A DNA stretch of 63,594 nt, the filler included, from Collodictyon triciliatum (Eukaryota): NCBI GenBank assembly GCA_043381765.1. It is 5 parts of 5 records of this genome, joined end to end, with 100 filler letters (N's around TTAATTAATTAA, not from the genome) between each part and the next. Parts side by side here need not be neighbours in the genome. Positions count along the whole stretch, not along the records: positions 1 to 18,962 come from JBHJMP010000023.1; positions 19,063 to 45,263 come from JBHJMP010000027.1; 3 more parts are not named here. One strand, written 5' to 3'. Both the position numbers and the translations under genes were made by a program. The notes below the pieces were generated by a model. The model had not been told where the DNA came from and searched no databases. It saw only the letters and a program-made list of their open reading frames with translations. Shown here one piece after another: positions 13,972-25,022 of this stretch (positions within the stretch are counted from its first letter, which is position 1; each line of letters opens with the position of its first letter).

Positions 13972-16545
13972 CTAGCCATCGACTGACATGTCTTTGATGA
14001 TTTCTAGAGTCGATATGATGAGAAACTTGGGCAATAGAAACGGAGAGCTTTCTAAATCCTCCATGCCCAATCTTAGGAAATCACTCCCGGAAACCTGATA
14101 CTTTCGGATTATATCAATAATCTTGGATACAATATGACGCTTTTCAAGGGCTGCGGCGAGTTCCATGTGGTCCATGGCAGAGATAGCCTTACTTCCTCGA
14201 GGAGGGGATATGACTAGTGCTGCATTAAATGAACATACTTTCTTTTTAGGAAAAGGATTCATAATTCAACAGAGTTGGAACGGAAACATGAATGGTGTGC
14301 AAAAGTACAACTACTATAATTGGTGATTATCAGAGTATGAAAACTGATTTTCATGGGTTGTACAGTCTAAAACACATAATATCGAAGTTACATTTCATCG
14401 ATTTGTTTTGTCTGCTTGAGAGGAGGAAGGAAGAAAGAGGACAATAGACTTACCTTTTTTAGCTGTATCACTATTCGAGGGCTTCGATTCTGTAACTTTT
14501 GCTAACTATAATTTTGTATGTATAAATGGCTTCGTAATTATTTTCTATTCATAATATATATTAACCCATCGTTAAGTGGAATAAACATATAAATGGTATT
14601 TGAGTAAGATTAATGCGGGTAAATTCCCATTATATTTTTCTTTCGACGTTTGATAGAGGATGCTTACGCCTTGTAGGTCCAGCCTGTGTATTTTACCCCT
14701 CTGGGGAGCTCCGATTCCCTCTGCTGTATGGTTCCAACAAGGCAATCTCGTCATATTTACATGTGCTGTTACGATAGAGGCTTTTTGACTCTCGTCATAT
14801 ATGTGAAGATGTGATAAACCACTCATACGGGTTAGCCATTCCGGTAGTGCCGTCATCTTTGATGTATTATTTAACAAGATATATTAGTATGATAATACAA
14901 GGTACATTCTATAATATAATATAATATAATATAATATAATATAATATAATATAATATAATATAATATAATATAATATAATATAATATAATATAATATAAT
15001 ATAATATAATATAATATAATATAATATACATAGGAAAGGATATGGTGAATATTTTTTCGACTTTACCGGATTCTTTTGAACGTGCAATTCTTGCAATCGA
15101 ACCATATTCGACAACTGTGTTGGCAAGGCAGTAAACTTGTTCCCTTGGATATTCAGCATATTCATATTTTCCAATGAACTTATATCCATGGGCAATTAAC
15201 TTAATCTATTATTCTCTAGGTCTAAATGTACTAATTTTGTATTAGCTCCTATTTTATCTGATATTTCGATAATTGCATTGCCGTCAAGATTCAATTTTTG
15301 TAAGCTTTTCAGCACAGAAATCGAACTTGGAACATACTCTATTTGGTTATTTGATAAACAGAGCTCTTTAATATCAGACAGATAGTAAATGCCATGAGGG
15401 ATTTCTGGAAGAATGTTCCTTGTTATGCAAAAATAAGTACATTTATTTAAATTTTCTGTTGGTTGCCAGGTGGGTTTATATTGGGCAAGACAGCACATTT
15501 GAATAAACCTAAGAGTAGGGTTTACACCGGCTGATGGATAAGGACTGGCTGAAGCCGATTGAGAAGCACTTAAATTCAAAGGTAATTGCAACTTATTCGA
15601 TGGCATTCCTTGCGGCAACATGGGCACGATGGCCGAGGCCATGTCAGGATTGCCTGGGATCTTCGGTTTGATATGACCCAAACTTCCCATATATCCTGAC
15701 GGACTTTTGAAATTATATGCAAACAAGGACGAACGTATAATAAAGTCATAGTCTGTAAGGTTCTGCAACCCATCACTGCGAATGAGCAATTCTTGCCTTT
15801 TATCCACCTGATGCTCATCTAAAACACAAAGTGGTTGTTGCACCGCATCAAAAAGAGGACTGACTCTCTGTTTGGTCTCGCCTGTTTGTGACTGGCCAGC
15901 GTTCGGTGAAGGGCTGGCTCGTGGTGGAGTGGTCTTAGAGGGTGATTTTATCATACTTTTCTGTCTATAGAATATTGAGCTACATTCTGAATGGCTTCTC
16001 GGTGGAGCATTGCCGTCGTACCTCAAAAGAGCTATACCGGTCAGGTTTGTCAACAAGGGAGGCAGGGTCTCAAAAGTGTTAAAGCTAACGTCGAGGTGTG
16101 TGAGGCCAACCAAGCGAGTTATTCCAGGCGGCAAGGCAGTGAGAGAGTTCGCGCATGCTATCAGAGTCACCAGTTTCGTCAGGCATGAAATGGAGTCCGG
16201 AAGCGAAGAGAGTTTGTTGCCACTGACGCAAAAGACAGTCAGCTCCGAGCAGGCCGAGATGTTTTCGGGGATCGAGGTTATTTCGTTCATGTCCAGGTAG
16301 AGTTGGGCGAGGTTATGCAGCGAGCAGATTAAGTCCGGGAAGTGTTTGATATTGTTGCTGCATAGATTCAGCACCCGCAGATTGACAAGCCGCGTCATGG
16401 CGTCCGGCAAGGAAGAGAGCCTGTTATTGGCTACGTCTAGATGAGACACTCTCGTGTAGGCCATGAGGTACGAGATGCATGTGAGGTTGCGGCGCTGGAG
16501 AACGAGCTCCTCCAGATGATCGTGGTGGGGATTGACAGGGTTCAT
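13972..16545 (-). CDS. Leucine-rich repeat protein (two LRR blocks) with a C-terminal SAM-like domain, interrupted by one in-frame TAA (possible recent pseudogene)
   Basis: LxxLxLxxNxLxxLP repeats in 16545-16000 and 15430-14790. In-frame TAA at 15198-15196 (LENNRLS*LPMDISSL). Downstream exons splice in frame to a SAM-like segment (ISAMDHMELAAALEK..IIRKYQVSGSDFLRLGMEDL). Confidence 0.8.
14911..15027. repeat. (ATAAT)n microsatellite, intronic
   Basis: Tandem 5-mer seen directly. Confidence 0.95.
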
Positions 16546-16829
16546 TCGGTAGAGTTTTCGCGGTCGGGCACCCTTTTTACTTTAATCTTTACCTGGTTTG
16601 TGTTAGGTCGTGCGCGTTTTGTGTGTGCGTGTGTATGTATGTTTTGTGTATGCCTGTCTGTCAGTGTGTCTGTTTTTTATAGCATGTTTTTTTTATTTCT
16701 CCCGCTTCTTTGGTAAATAAGGAACAAAAGAGTAATTCTTTTATTCACAATGGCCACAGCTATTGGCGCGCGCACCAACATTCTTTTGATCAACCACAAA
16801 TCGTTTACCCCAGGGCAAAGAGATGTAGT

Positions 16830-18238
16830 GAACAAGGAACAAAGCATTGAATGAAAAGATGGGTAAGTGGGGGATCGGGCTCGGGCTCGGTTTTTCTCTC
16901 CTGTTTACTTGGGTGGTTGTCAGCTCTCTCTTGGACAATCTTTGCATCCTATTTCATTCCACAGGATGAGTCTTTTGAGGGGACAACGGGTCGCTTTCCT
17001 TGCGTTTCTTGCTGGGCGACTCTGACAAAAAGCGATACATCGTTGTTTGTCTGGAATTATCGGAAGTGGCGCTTGACCGTCCCCTGGTTTCGGGACCATG
17101 CGTAGCCGGCAGTGGATTTTGCTTAACCGGAGAATGGATACGCGTTTGTGGTTTTAGAAACATACGCTCCTGCTTGCTCGGACTGTCGTTGGTGTGTGAA
17201 GTTCCAAGCTTGGATTCGACTTGTGGTGTCTGCTCTTGCTCCTTTGTTCTCGGTGCAACGGGTTGGGGCAGGGTAAACGGACTATCTTTGGTGGGCGCTG
17301 GTTCTTGTGTTGCCTTTGCGTTGGAGTATCCTTTTGGATATGTAACGAAGAATGCCTTGATGCCTTATATGTTAACCATATTCCCGTCAGTCTGAATAGG
17401 TAGTTTAAGGAGTATTTCTTTCGGGGTATGGAGATGCACTACTCTTGGGTCTTGCGATGTGCGGGCTTGTCCGGTGTTGGCAGTGGAGGGCTCGAGTGCG
17501 AGGATTCTGAAGAGGAACCGAGATTTCCTTCCATGTCATCGTCGCTGTCGCTGCATGCGCGCATCTGCTGTAAGTCTTGCGGGCTCTGTTGTTGCCTGGC
17601 CTTGGCTTCCTTGACCCCGTTGCTGCTTGTCTGCTTGGCAGGTGTATTCTTTTACGGGGCTTTTACTTGTCGTTCATTGTTCGCGGCTGGCGGACGCTCT
17701 TTGAGGATGCGCTTTGGACACTTTTTACTCATGACCGTAAACTTTGCAGGGAGCTGGTTCTTGTGACAAAGAAGCTTCACCACGGCCGTGTCTGTGAAGA
17801 AGCCTTTGTTCTTTTTGATCTCCACGTGGGTCGGTCTGAACGGCCTCAGCTCCTCACGAATAAGTTGCAGTCATATGTTCAGCGGTAGTTGTTAGAGCAT
17901 CACCAAGGTCTCTGTTGGTTTACTTCCCCTGAAGCTGATCGTACTATCGATCAAACTTAACTGCCTCAGTTCCAGAAGCTTTCGGGCGTTTTCTGCAGTG
18001 CGGAAGGCAATCAGGCTAAAGTCTTCGCTGTCCGGTAAGCGCAATTGGATGGACTCTTCTCAAGGTTTGTTCGCTTTCAAAAAGCAGGAGCGCATCTGTG
18101 AGCCTGCGGGCCTTGTTCTTGTTGTAGACGACTTGCTCGACCCGGTGCAAAGAATACTGTCCGATCAGACAGACTTGCAGGTTGCTTCCTCAAATATATA
18201 TGCCCCGGATAGAGTTCAACATCAACACCAAAGACTTT
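16830..18238 (-). mobile_element. Decayed non-LTR retrotransposon ORF1/gag-like remnant (tandem RRM-like, L1/Tx1-type pattern) with a possible ORF2 start stub
   Basis: Intronless GC-richer stretch. The minus strand reads EESIQLRLPDSEDFSLIAFRTAENARKLLELRQLSLIDSTISFRGSKPTETLVML*QLPLNI*LQLIREELRPFRPTHVEIKKNKGFFTDTAVVKLLCHKNQLPAKFTVMSKKCPK, then low-complexity sequence (SDSDDDMEG), with several stops and frameshifts. HLPIFSFNA (about 16869-16844) resembles the start of an APE endonuclease. The family assignment is by pattern recall only. Confidence 0.5.
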
Positions 18239-18287
18239 GCAATAATATTAAGAAAAAAAAACTCAAGCACACACAGCAAAGAAAAAA

Positions 18288-21200
18288 ATGAGTCAGAAAA
18301 CACAAGCAAGCACGCCTACCAGAGAACACACGCCACCGCCCGCGACATCAGCAACGGCAATAGCAATAGCAACAGCGCAGACAACATATGAGCACCGATC
18401 TCCACAGCAAGCAAGTCCGCTGCGCTCAAGTGCCACAGCAACAGCAACAACAGCAACAGCAGCGGCAGAGTCTGTCACTTCTCCGTTCCGCCCGCCTAAC
18501 AACCCCACAAGAAAAGTCGATCAGCAGAGTCCGCTTTCTTCTCAGAGTGTCGGGCGGCCGCAAAAAAGCCCCGTTGCTGCTGTTGTTGAGAATGAAACAG
18601 ACGTGTATGTCGATAATCATTTGGCGTTGCAGAGTCCTCGCAGTGCCTCGTCCACTCAGACACCATCAAAGGGGTCTAGAAACCTCTACACTGGCCTGCT
18701 TTTCGACTATGCGCTCACTCATGAGCCGCGGCTTGCCAAAGGTTGGCAGCTTTATTACTGTTTTTTTTTTTTTTTTTTTTGTTTTTTTTTTTTTTTTTTT
18801 TTTTTTGTACTTTTATTTTCTCTCATTTTAATTCCCGTTCTTTTGGCTGTTTGCATTTGTTTTATGTTTGTTTTATGTTTGTTTTATGTTTGTTTTATGT
18901 TTGTTTTATGTTTGTTTTATGTTTGTTTTATGTTTGTTTTATGTTTGTTTTATGTTTGTTTTNNNNNNNNNNNNNNNNNNNNNNNNNNNNNNNNNNNNNN
19001 NNNNNNTTAATTAATTAANNNNNNNNNNNNNNNNNNNNNNNNNNNNNNNNNNNNNNNNNNNNAAGGAATACATTTTATGAAAAAAAAACTTAAAGAAATA
19101 AAACGTAAATATGTGTATATTAAAAAAGAAAAATCTGCCAGCACGATCAAAACTGAAAGTGTACCACCAACTATTTTTGTTCTGTAATGAATTTAATTGG
19201 GGTGAGCTATTCGTTAATGAAAATACCCCATAGGTGAATGGTGACTCATCGACACCACTAGCGGCAGGTTAATCCTCTTCTTTTTTTTTTTTTTTCAGAG
19301 GGTTTCTTGTTCGAATATACAGAGTCTATCGAACAAAACTCATTTTCATTTTTTATAAAGATTTTTCCATTCTTCGTATGGCCATCTTTTATGCAACCGA
19401 CCAACCGACCGTTGAGTTTATGAGATTACATTACTAATTAAGGTTTAACTTTAATATTTTTCTTTCTTAAACCTCAGAATCAACACCAAACTCGGGGAGT
19501 ACTTACCCGCTAACCCCATCGCATTCTCCATCGATTCTTTTTATGCTTACTGTTCAATATGATGGAAGCACATCGGAAGTCCCAATAAAAGCTGGCATGA
19601 ACATTTCAGAGCTGAAGGAAATTCTATCCGTTATGTACGGAATCTCTGTCGAAGGATTTGATATGAAACTCAGTAAATTGCAGCCCCTGACTTTTGATTT
19701 GGTCAATATGAAAGGTTATTTTCCACCCAAATTATTTTTACAGAAATGAAACTTTGATATGGACGTTGTATCTAATTCTTACTTCACAGGTTCAAGAATT
19801 CCTCTCCGCAAATCAGGTAAATTGATTTATTTGAATCTGCCCTGATATACTTCAATAGAAACCACATCATCAAATTGACATATATATGCATTGATTTTAC
19901 TCTGACATATTATTTTTTCTTACCACACCCCCAATTCATGGTCTCTTTTTTTTAAAAAATAAGATTTATCCGCCGGGACAGCACAAAAGTATTTGGACTA
20001 TACAAAAGATACCCTGGCTAAAATTCAAAAGTCAGCAAATGAGCTCATTAACACCAGTGGCGACTTTGACGAAGATTTGATGAAAACAGTTGAAGAAATC
20101 AGCAGTGAAATCAAGACAGTAGCCAGAGATTACAAAGTGCTCAAAATTATTCTTCCAGAAAGCAGCTCGTACCAGGATATCGAGCAGGTTTCTCAGAACC
20201 TTGAAACTCCACTGCGTTGAATCGAATCGATTTGATAAATATATGGAACCTCCTCGTCATTTTCTCTCTTTTCTTTAAGGTTAGTCAATCCGAATATTGC
20301 AATGCTAATCTTCCCATGCCCTTCTACACACAGCATTTACAGCAACTCATCGATCTTGGTGAATACTTTTCATCCCTTCGCTCGGAGCACCTTGCATCGA
20401 GTCTTGGGAAGAGAGAAGAAGATTTCATGCTTCAAGTTCAGGAACTATTTCATCTCATCAATGTTGAGCCTGATGGAAACTGCTTATTTACAGCGTTGTG
20501 TAAAGTGCGTTTGATTTTCGTCACCACCAGATTATCCTAAAATATACGACCAATTTTTTCTTTGTTAGACATGTCATAGTTTGAGAAGATGGTGTTGGTT
20601 GTGCGTGTGTATCTTTGGTTATCCTTTTCACACGATTTGATGTGGAATTACAGGGAAACCTAGCGCGACAACTGAAGGATCCGCCAACATCCTTCACTTT
20701 GGAAGAAACAATCTCTGTGTTGATGAAAAAAGTCAGTAATCAATCTAAAATTACTTTCAACTTTCCTGTGATTTTTTTCTAAATTAAAAAAAAAAAGACG
20801 AGCTTTCGCAGCATCGTGTGCAAATGAAATATATACCCCATCCCATCCCATCAACATAAAAATTCATTTAGCAAGCAAACTCTGACCCAAGAATGAGTGC
20901 TACTGACACGAGACAAAAAGTGATCAAGTATATTGAAGCACATCTGGACCGATACCGGGAAAATATAGTCGAATCACTTTTGTATGGAACAAAAAAAAAA
21001 CCTAATATTATTTTGGGAGTATATGAGACCTTTTTATATATATATAGTTCTCCATTTTTTTTTATAAAAAATAGGAGAGCTGTCATAATTATCCTTTGCA
21101 CTTTTATTAGTCGCATTCATAAATTACAAATTCTTTTTAGTGAAAAAGAGAAAGACACTCAACTTGACTCAAAACTCAAGACTTTGACTCATAGCAACTA

Positions 21201-21598
21201 GGCTCACTGATTTTTCCCCTTCTAGATACGCCTTAAATCCAAACCACACAGACTCTACCAGTGATGAGCTTAGAAAGGAACTCCAGTCTAGATTTTACGA
21301 GACAGCGGCAGAAAAAGTGAGGACACCAGAGGCCCATCAAATATACTTGGAGGTAAAAAATAAATTCACATGAAGAGCGAAACCGAAATGCATGAGTTTA
21401 TTAGATTAAATTGTAGAATTCAAAAAAATTGGAGCTAAAGCGCTCAAAATGTTTTAAAAAAAAGGTCATGGGAAAGGATAAAATATATGGAGAACGGCTC
21501 GAAATCATGGCTGCATCTGCCTTCTTTGAAATTCCGATCTATTTGTACTATTTTGGTGGCTCGATACGCGCAGACGGTGGATTTATTCCAGCAGAAAG
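18288..21598 (+). CDS. OTU-family deubiquitinase with a Ser/Pro/Ala-rich N-terminus and a ubiquitin-like domain; 3' end lost in an N gap
   Basis: Catalytic Cys motif NVEPDGNCLFTAL (about 20461-20500); TRQKVIKYIEAHLDRY; MGKDKIYGERLEIMAASAFFEIPIYLY. UBL-like exon LTVQYDGSTSEVPIKAGMNISELKEILSVMYGISVEGFDM (19543-19713). The His-box was not seen and is presumably in gap 21657-22197. Confidence 0.85.
18860..18962. repeat. (TTTTATGTTTG)n minisatellite running into a gap, intronic
   Basis: 11-mer tandem array seen directly. Confidence 0.9.
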
Positions 21599-23035
21599 GT
21601 ACTGCACTGTTTGATTCTTTGTAATACATGACATGATTTGAATGGCAGAATAAAACNNNNNNNNNNNNNNNNNNNNNNNNNNNNNNNNNNNNNNNNNNNN
21701 NNNNNNNNNNNNNNNNNNNNNNNNNNNNNNNNNNNNNNNNNNNNNNNNNNNNNNNNNNNNNNNNNNNNNNNNNNNNNNNNNNNNNNNNNNNNNNNNNNNN
21801 NNNNNNNNNNNNNNNNNNNNNNNNNNNNNNNNNNNNNNNNNNNNNNNNNNNNNNNNNNNNNNNNNNNNNNNNNNNNNNNNNNNNNNNNNNNNNNNNNNNN
21901 NNNNNNNNNNNNNNNNNNNNNNNNNNNNNNNNNNNNNNNNNNNNNNNNNNNNNNNNNNNNNNNNNNNNNNNNNNNNNNNNNNNNNNNNNNNNNNNNNNNN
22001 NNNNNNNNNNNNNNNNNNNNNNNNNNNNNNNNNNNNNNNNNNNNNNNNNNNNNNNNNNNNNNNNNNNNNNNNNNNNNNNNNNNNNNNNNNNNNNNNNNNN
22101 NNNNNNNNNNNNNNNNNNNNNNNNNNNNNNNNNNNNNNNNNNNNNNNNNNNNNNNNNNNNNNNNNNNNNNNNNNNNNNNNNNNNNNNNNNNNNNNNNTTG
22201 AACGTTCCATCAAAAGTTAAATCAATATGATAACCCTCTTGGCTCATGGAGTGTACCATTAATAATGTCGGAAAGTAAGTTGCGTTGAACGGCTGAGGAG
22301 CGGAGTGGCTGACAGAGCCCGAATCATTTCTCTCAGTGGCAACTCATCCGAAGTAAAACAACCCCGCTATCATGACTTCACTCACCCCGGGGCGAACAAC
22401 CTCGACTCTGATACACAACTGTCTGCACGCTCCTTTTCTTTTCTTTTTGAAGGCATAACCAACTAGAATATATAAATACAAGATTACTAATGCCACAAAA
22501 ACGGATAAGAAAAGCGAAGCGGGGTCGGCTGTCGTTGGTTTTGCTCCATTTTGCCTGACACCCACAAGTTGATGACGTGAGATGCCATCGCTCCGGAAGA
22601 AGCAATTCAACATGCGGAGTCAGCGGTGGGAAACAGAACGCCTCCACTCACAGATCAATCAGAAATAGCCAGACCCGAAACCAGGGACAGGGCGAGCAAA
22701 TAACATTTTATTATATACAAAGGAGTAAAGAAGAACAAATAAAAAAGAATATAAAACGAATAAAAAACGAATCACAAGTAGAAAAGCAAAACTCGAAAAA
22801 ATCCAGTTATCTGCGACAGCATTTCACCTATTGGTTTCGGGTCGCAACACAATTTTTTTTTCACTCCAGAACCAAAGCCTCTCATGTAGCGCGTATCGAA
22901 AGGAAATATAGTTTTTCTTGTCTCGATGAATCGAGTTTGATGACCCACAGACCCTGGGTAAACCAAACAACATAGGACTTTGCTTACAATGCAGCTCCGT
23001 CTGAGTCTGATTTTCACTCTGTGCTCGGTTGTTAA

Positions 23036-23084
<49 letters not shown>

Positions 23085-24301
23085 TAATATTAAACCAAAC
23101 ATAATTCATCGACAAGATACTATTATATTCTGGGCAATTGATAAAGAAAAGAAAGAACTATGTGAAAAATTATCCCTATAAAGTCCTTTCATATCAAAAC
23201 AGGCTACATTGTCGTATATAATTTTATATTTGGCATAAAACAGGAAAAGAAAGGTGCTCAAAATAAGAATGGACATCATGAATAAATGCTTGACTTAAAA
23301 AAATCTGAGCATTTTACTTGATTTCTCTTATCGCTTCTTTTTTATAAAGAAAAAAATGTAGCCTGTCTTGGTCATCAACATTGAATTATTCTCAAGAGCA
23401 TTAAGCATTATTTTGAGAGCAATATATCGCAAGTCTTTTACCTTGGGTATTAAATTTTGTATTAAACACAAGACTTGTCCGTACATATATCCTTTCATGT
23501 TTTTTTTTAAAAAAACTTAAGCATTACTATTCTGCAAACTGGTAATATTAAATCCTCTGAAAGCCACATCGTCAGTACCGGCAACAGGTCGAAATCTGTA
23601 GATTAGAAGTAACTATCATAATGGTTGTGTATACTTAGTTTCACATCATGCAACATGTTATTCATGATTAATAATAAAGCATCATAAATACAAAAATTAT
23701 CCAAGGTAAAGGATGTGAGAAAATGAAACAAATATAAAGATTCCATATGGATTTCGGTGGAAGTGTGGTCCATAGTACCTATCAGTAAATATTTTCACTT
23801 CTCCCAGCAATTAAGGAGATATACCAAATAATTTTATATACCAGATGATATTTTCTATCGCCTTTTCTTATATTAAATAGGTTCAGAAAACGAAAATGCA
23901 CTAATGCAGTACTAAATCCTTCCCGTCAAAGATACCAGTAATAATATTTCATTCAAACTTCTGAAAGAATTTGTTGTGTTCGATTTTAATCGATAATTAC
24001 ATAGCCATGTTAAAACTTTATTAGGTTACTGAACAAGAAGTTTCCTCTATATACAATTTTCATCGGAATATTTTTCTTTTTCCCTTTTATAACTGATGAA
24101 TTTAAAAAACAAAAAACAAAATGAACATCACAACACAAGAGTTCTTGATTATAAGAGACACTAAATGACGTGAAATTTGTTGAATTGATTCCATGTATTC
24201 TTTTTTTTTAATGGAATATGTCAAGGAGAATATAATCAAACGTTCACCGAATTTTTTCAATCTGACCAAATCTTAATCATAAACTTTCAATAGACATAAA
24301 G

Positions 24302-24866
24302 ACTCTTTCAATATGATCATTTTTCTGCCTCGAAATGGAATGCATCATGTTTACAAAAGCTAATAAGAAAGCTTTATTTGTTCGTGTAAATAAGTTTGGA
24401 GGATATCCAACTATTTTTATTATGAGTTGATTTCATACTTGCAGAGACAGGAACTTAAATAAGGCATTAATAGAGCTGTTGGTGGAAATGATAGACATTA
24501 ATAGTTGTGTGGTGTAGCAAATATATTTTACATATCATAACTACATATTTATATTTGAAAATTTGATACGTAGGTGTCCTTTGTCGAATTCTTCCATACT
24601 TTCTGAAGATTGTAAGTCTGATTAAATATCGTGTTTTAGCCTCTTTTTCGTTTTGAAATGTTTATAAATAGAAAGTAAATTTCATAACAGCTGAATTTTG
24701 CTGGATTACAACGCTGATGATGCCTATGATTGGTTCTCTATTCCCTCTTTGGACGTATGGAAAGCTAAACCACCTAAGGTTCAGCTTACTTTGTCAAGGA
24801 TACCCTTCAATATATATTTGCATACACAATTCATGTTTATTTATAAGAGATATTGATTGGAAATAA
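24302..24866 (+). CDS. Hypothetical small multi-exon protein (3' part) with a hydrophobic C-terminal segment
   Basis: Five GT-AG-bounded exons join in phase: LFQYDHFSASKWNASCLQKLIRKLYL-DRNLNKALIELLVEMIDINR-CPLSNSSILSEDS-EFCWITTLMMPMIGSLFPLWTYGKLNHLR-DIDWK*. Start not identified; no recognised homology. Confidence 0.4.
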
Positions 24867-25022
24867 TACCTCTTGGTGTAATTTACATACTACCTTAAAA
24901 ATCTCAAATTGCATTTCTGATAGCTTGAGATTAAATATCTGAAAATAAACATCAAAACTCATGTTAGCTGAAATATTTCATAATTTCTGAAAAAAATCGG
25001 CATAAAATAACGGAAATAATAG

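Noticed and set aside
15196..17900. Stop-codon reassignment (alternative genetic code) suggested by clustered in-frame stops
   Set aside because: Conserved genes (SNF2, GH2, PDE, DCN1) show no internal stops in the exons read, and genes terminate with TAA, TAG and TGA. The stop cluster comes with frameshifts and fits a decayed element.
18050..18200. Two +1 frame changes both at TTG-AG[A/G], resembling programmed +1 frameshift sites
   Set aside because: The same ORF also has multiple nonsense codons, and exact shift points cannot be fixed; decay explains it more simply.
19007..19018. TTAATTAATTAA embedded in N-runs (also about 45308, 53848, 60013)
   Set aside because: The identical palindrome with stops in all six frames, centred in 100-nt gaps, is a scaffolding linker, not biology.
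22198..23040. Short ORFs after the OTU gap
   Set aside because: No recognisable motif or consistent splice model, so left unannotated.
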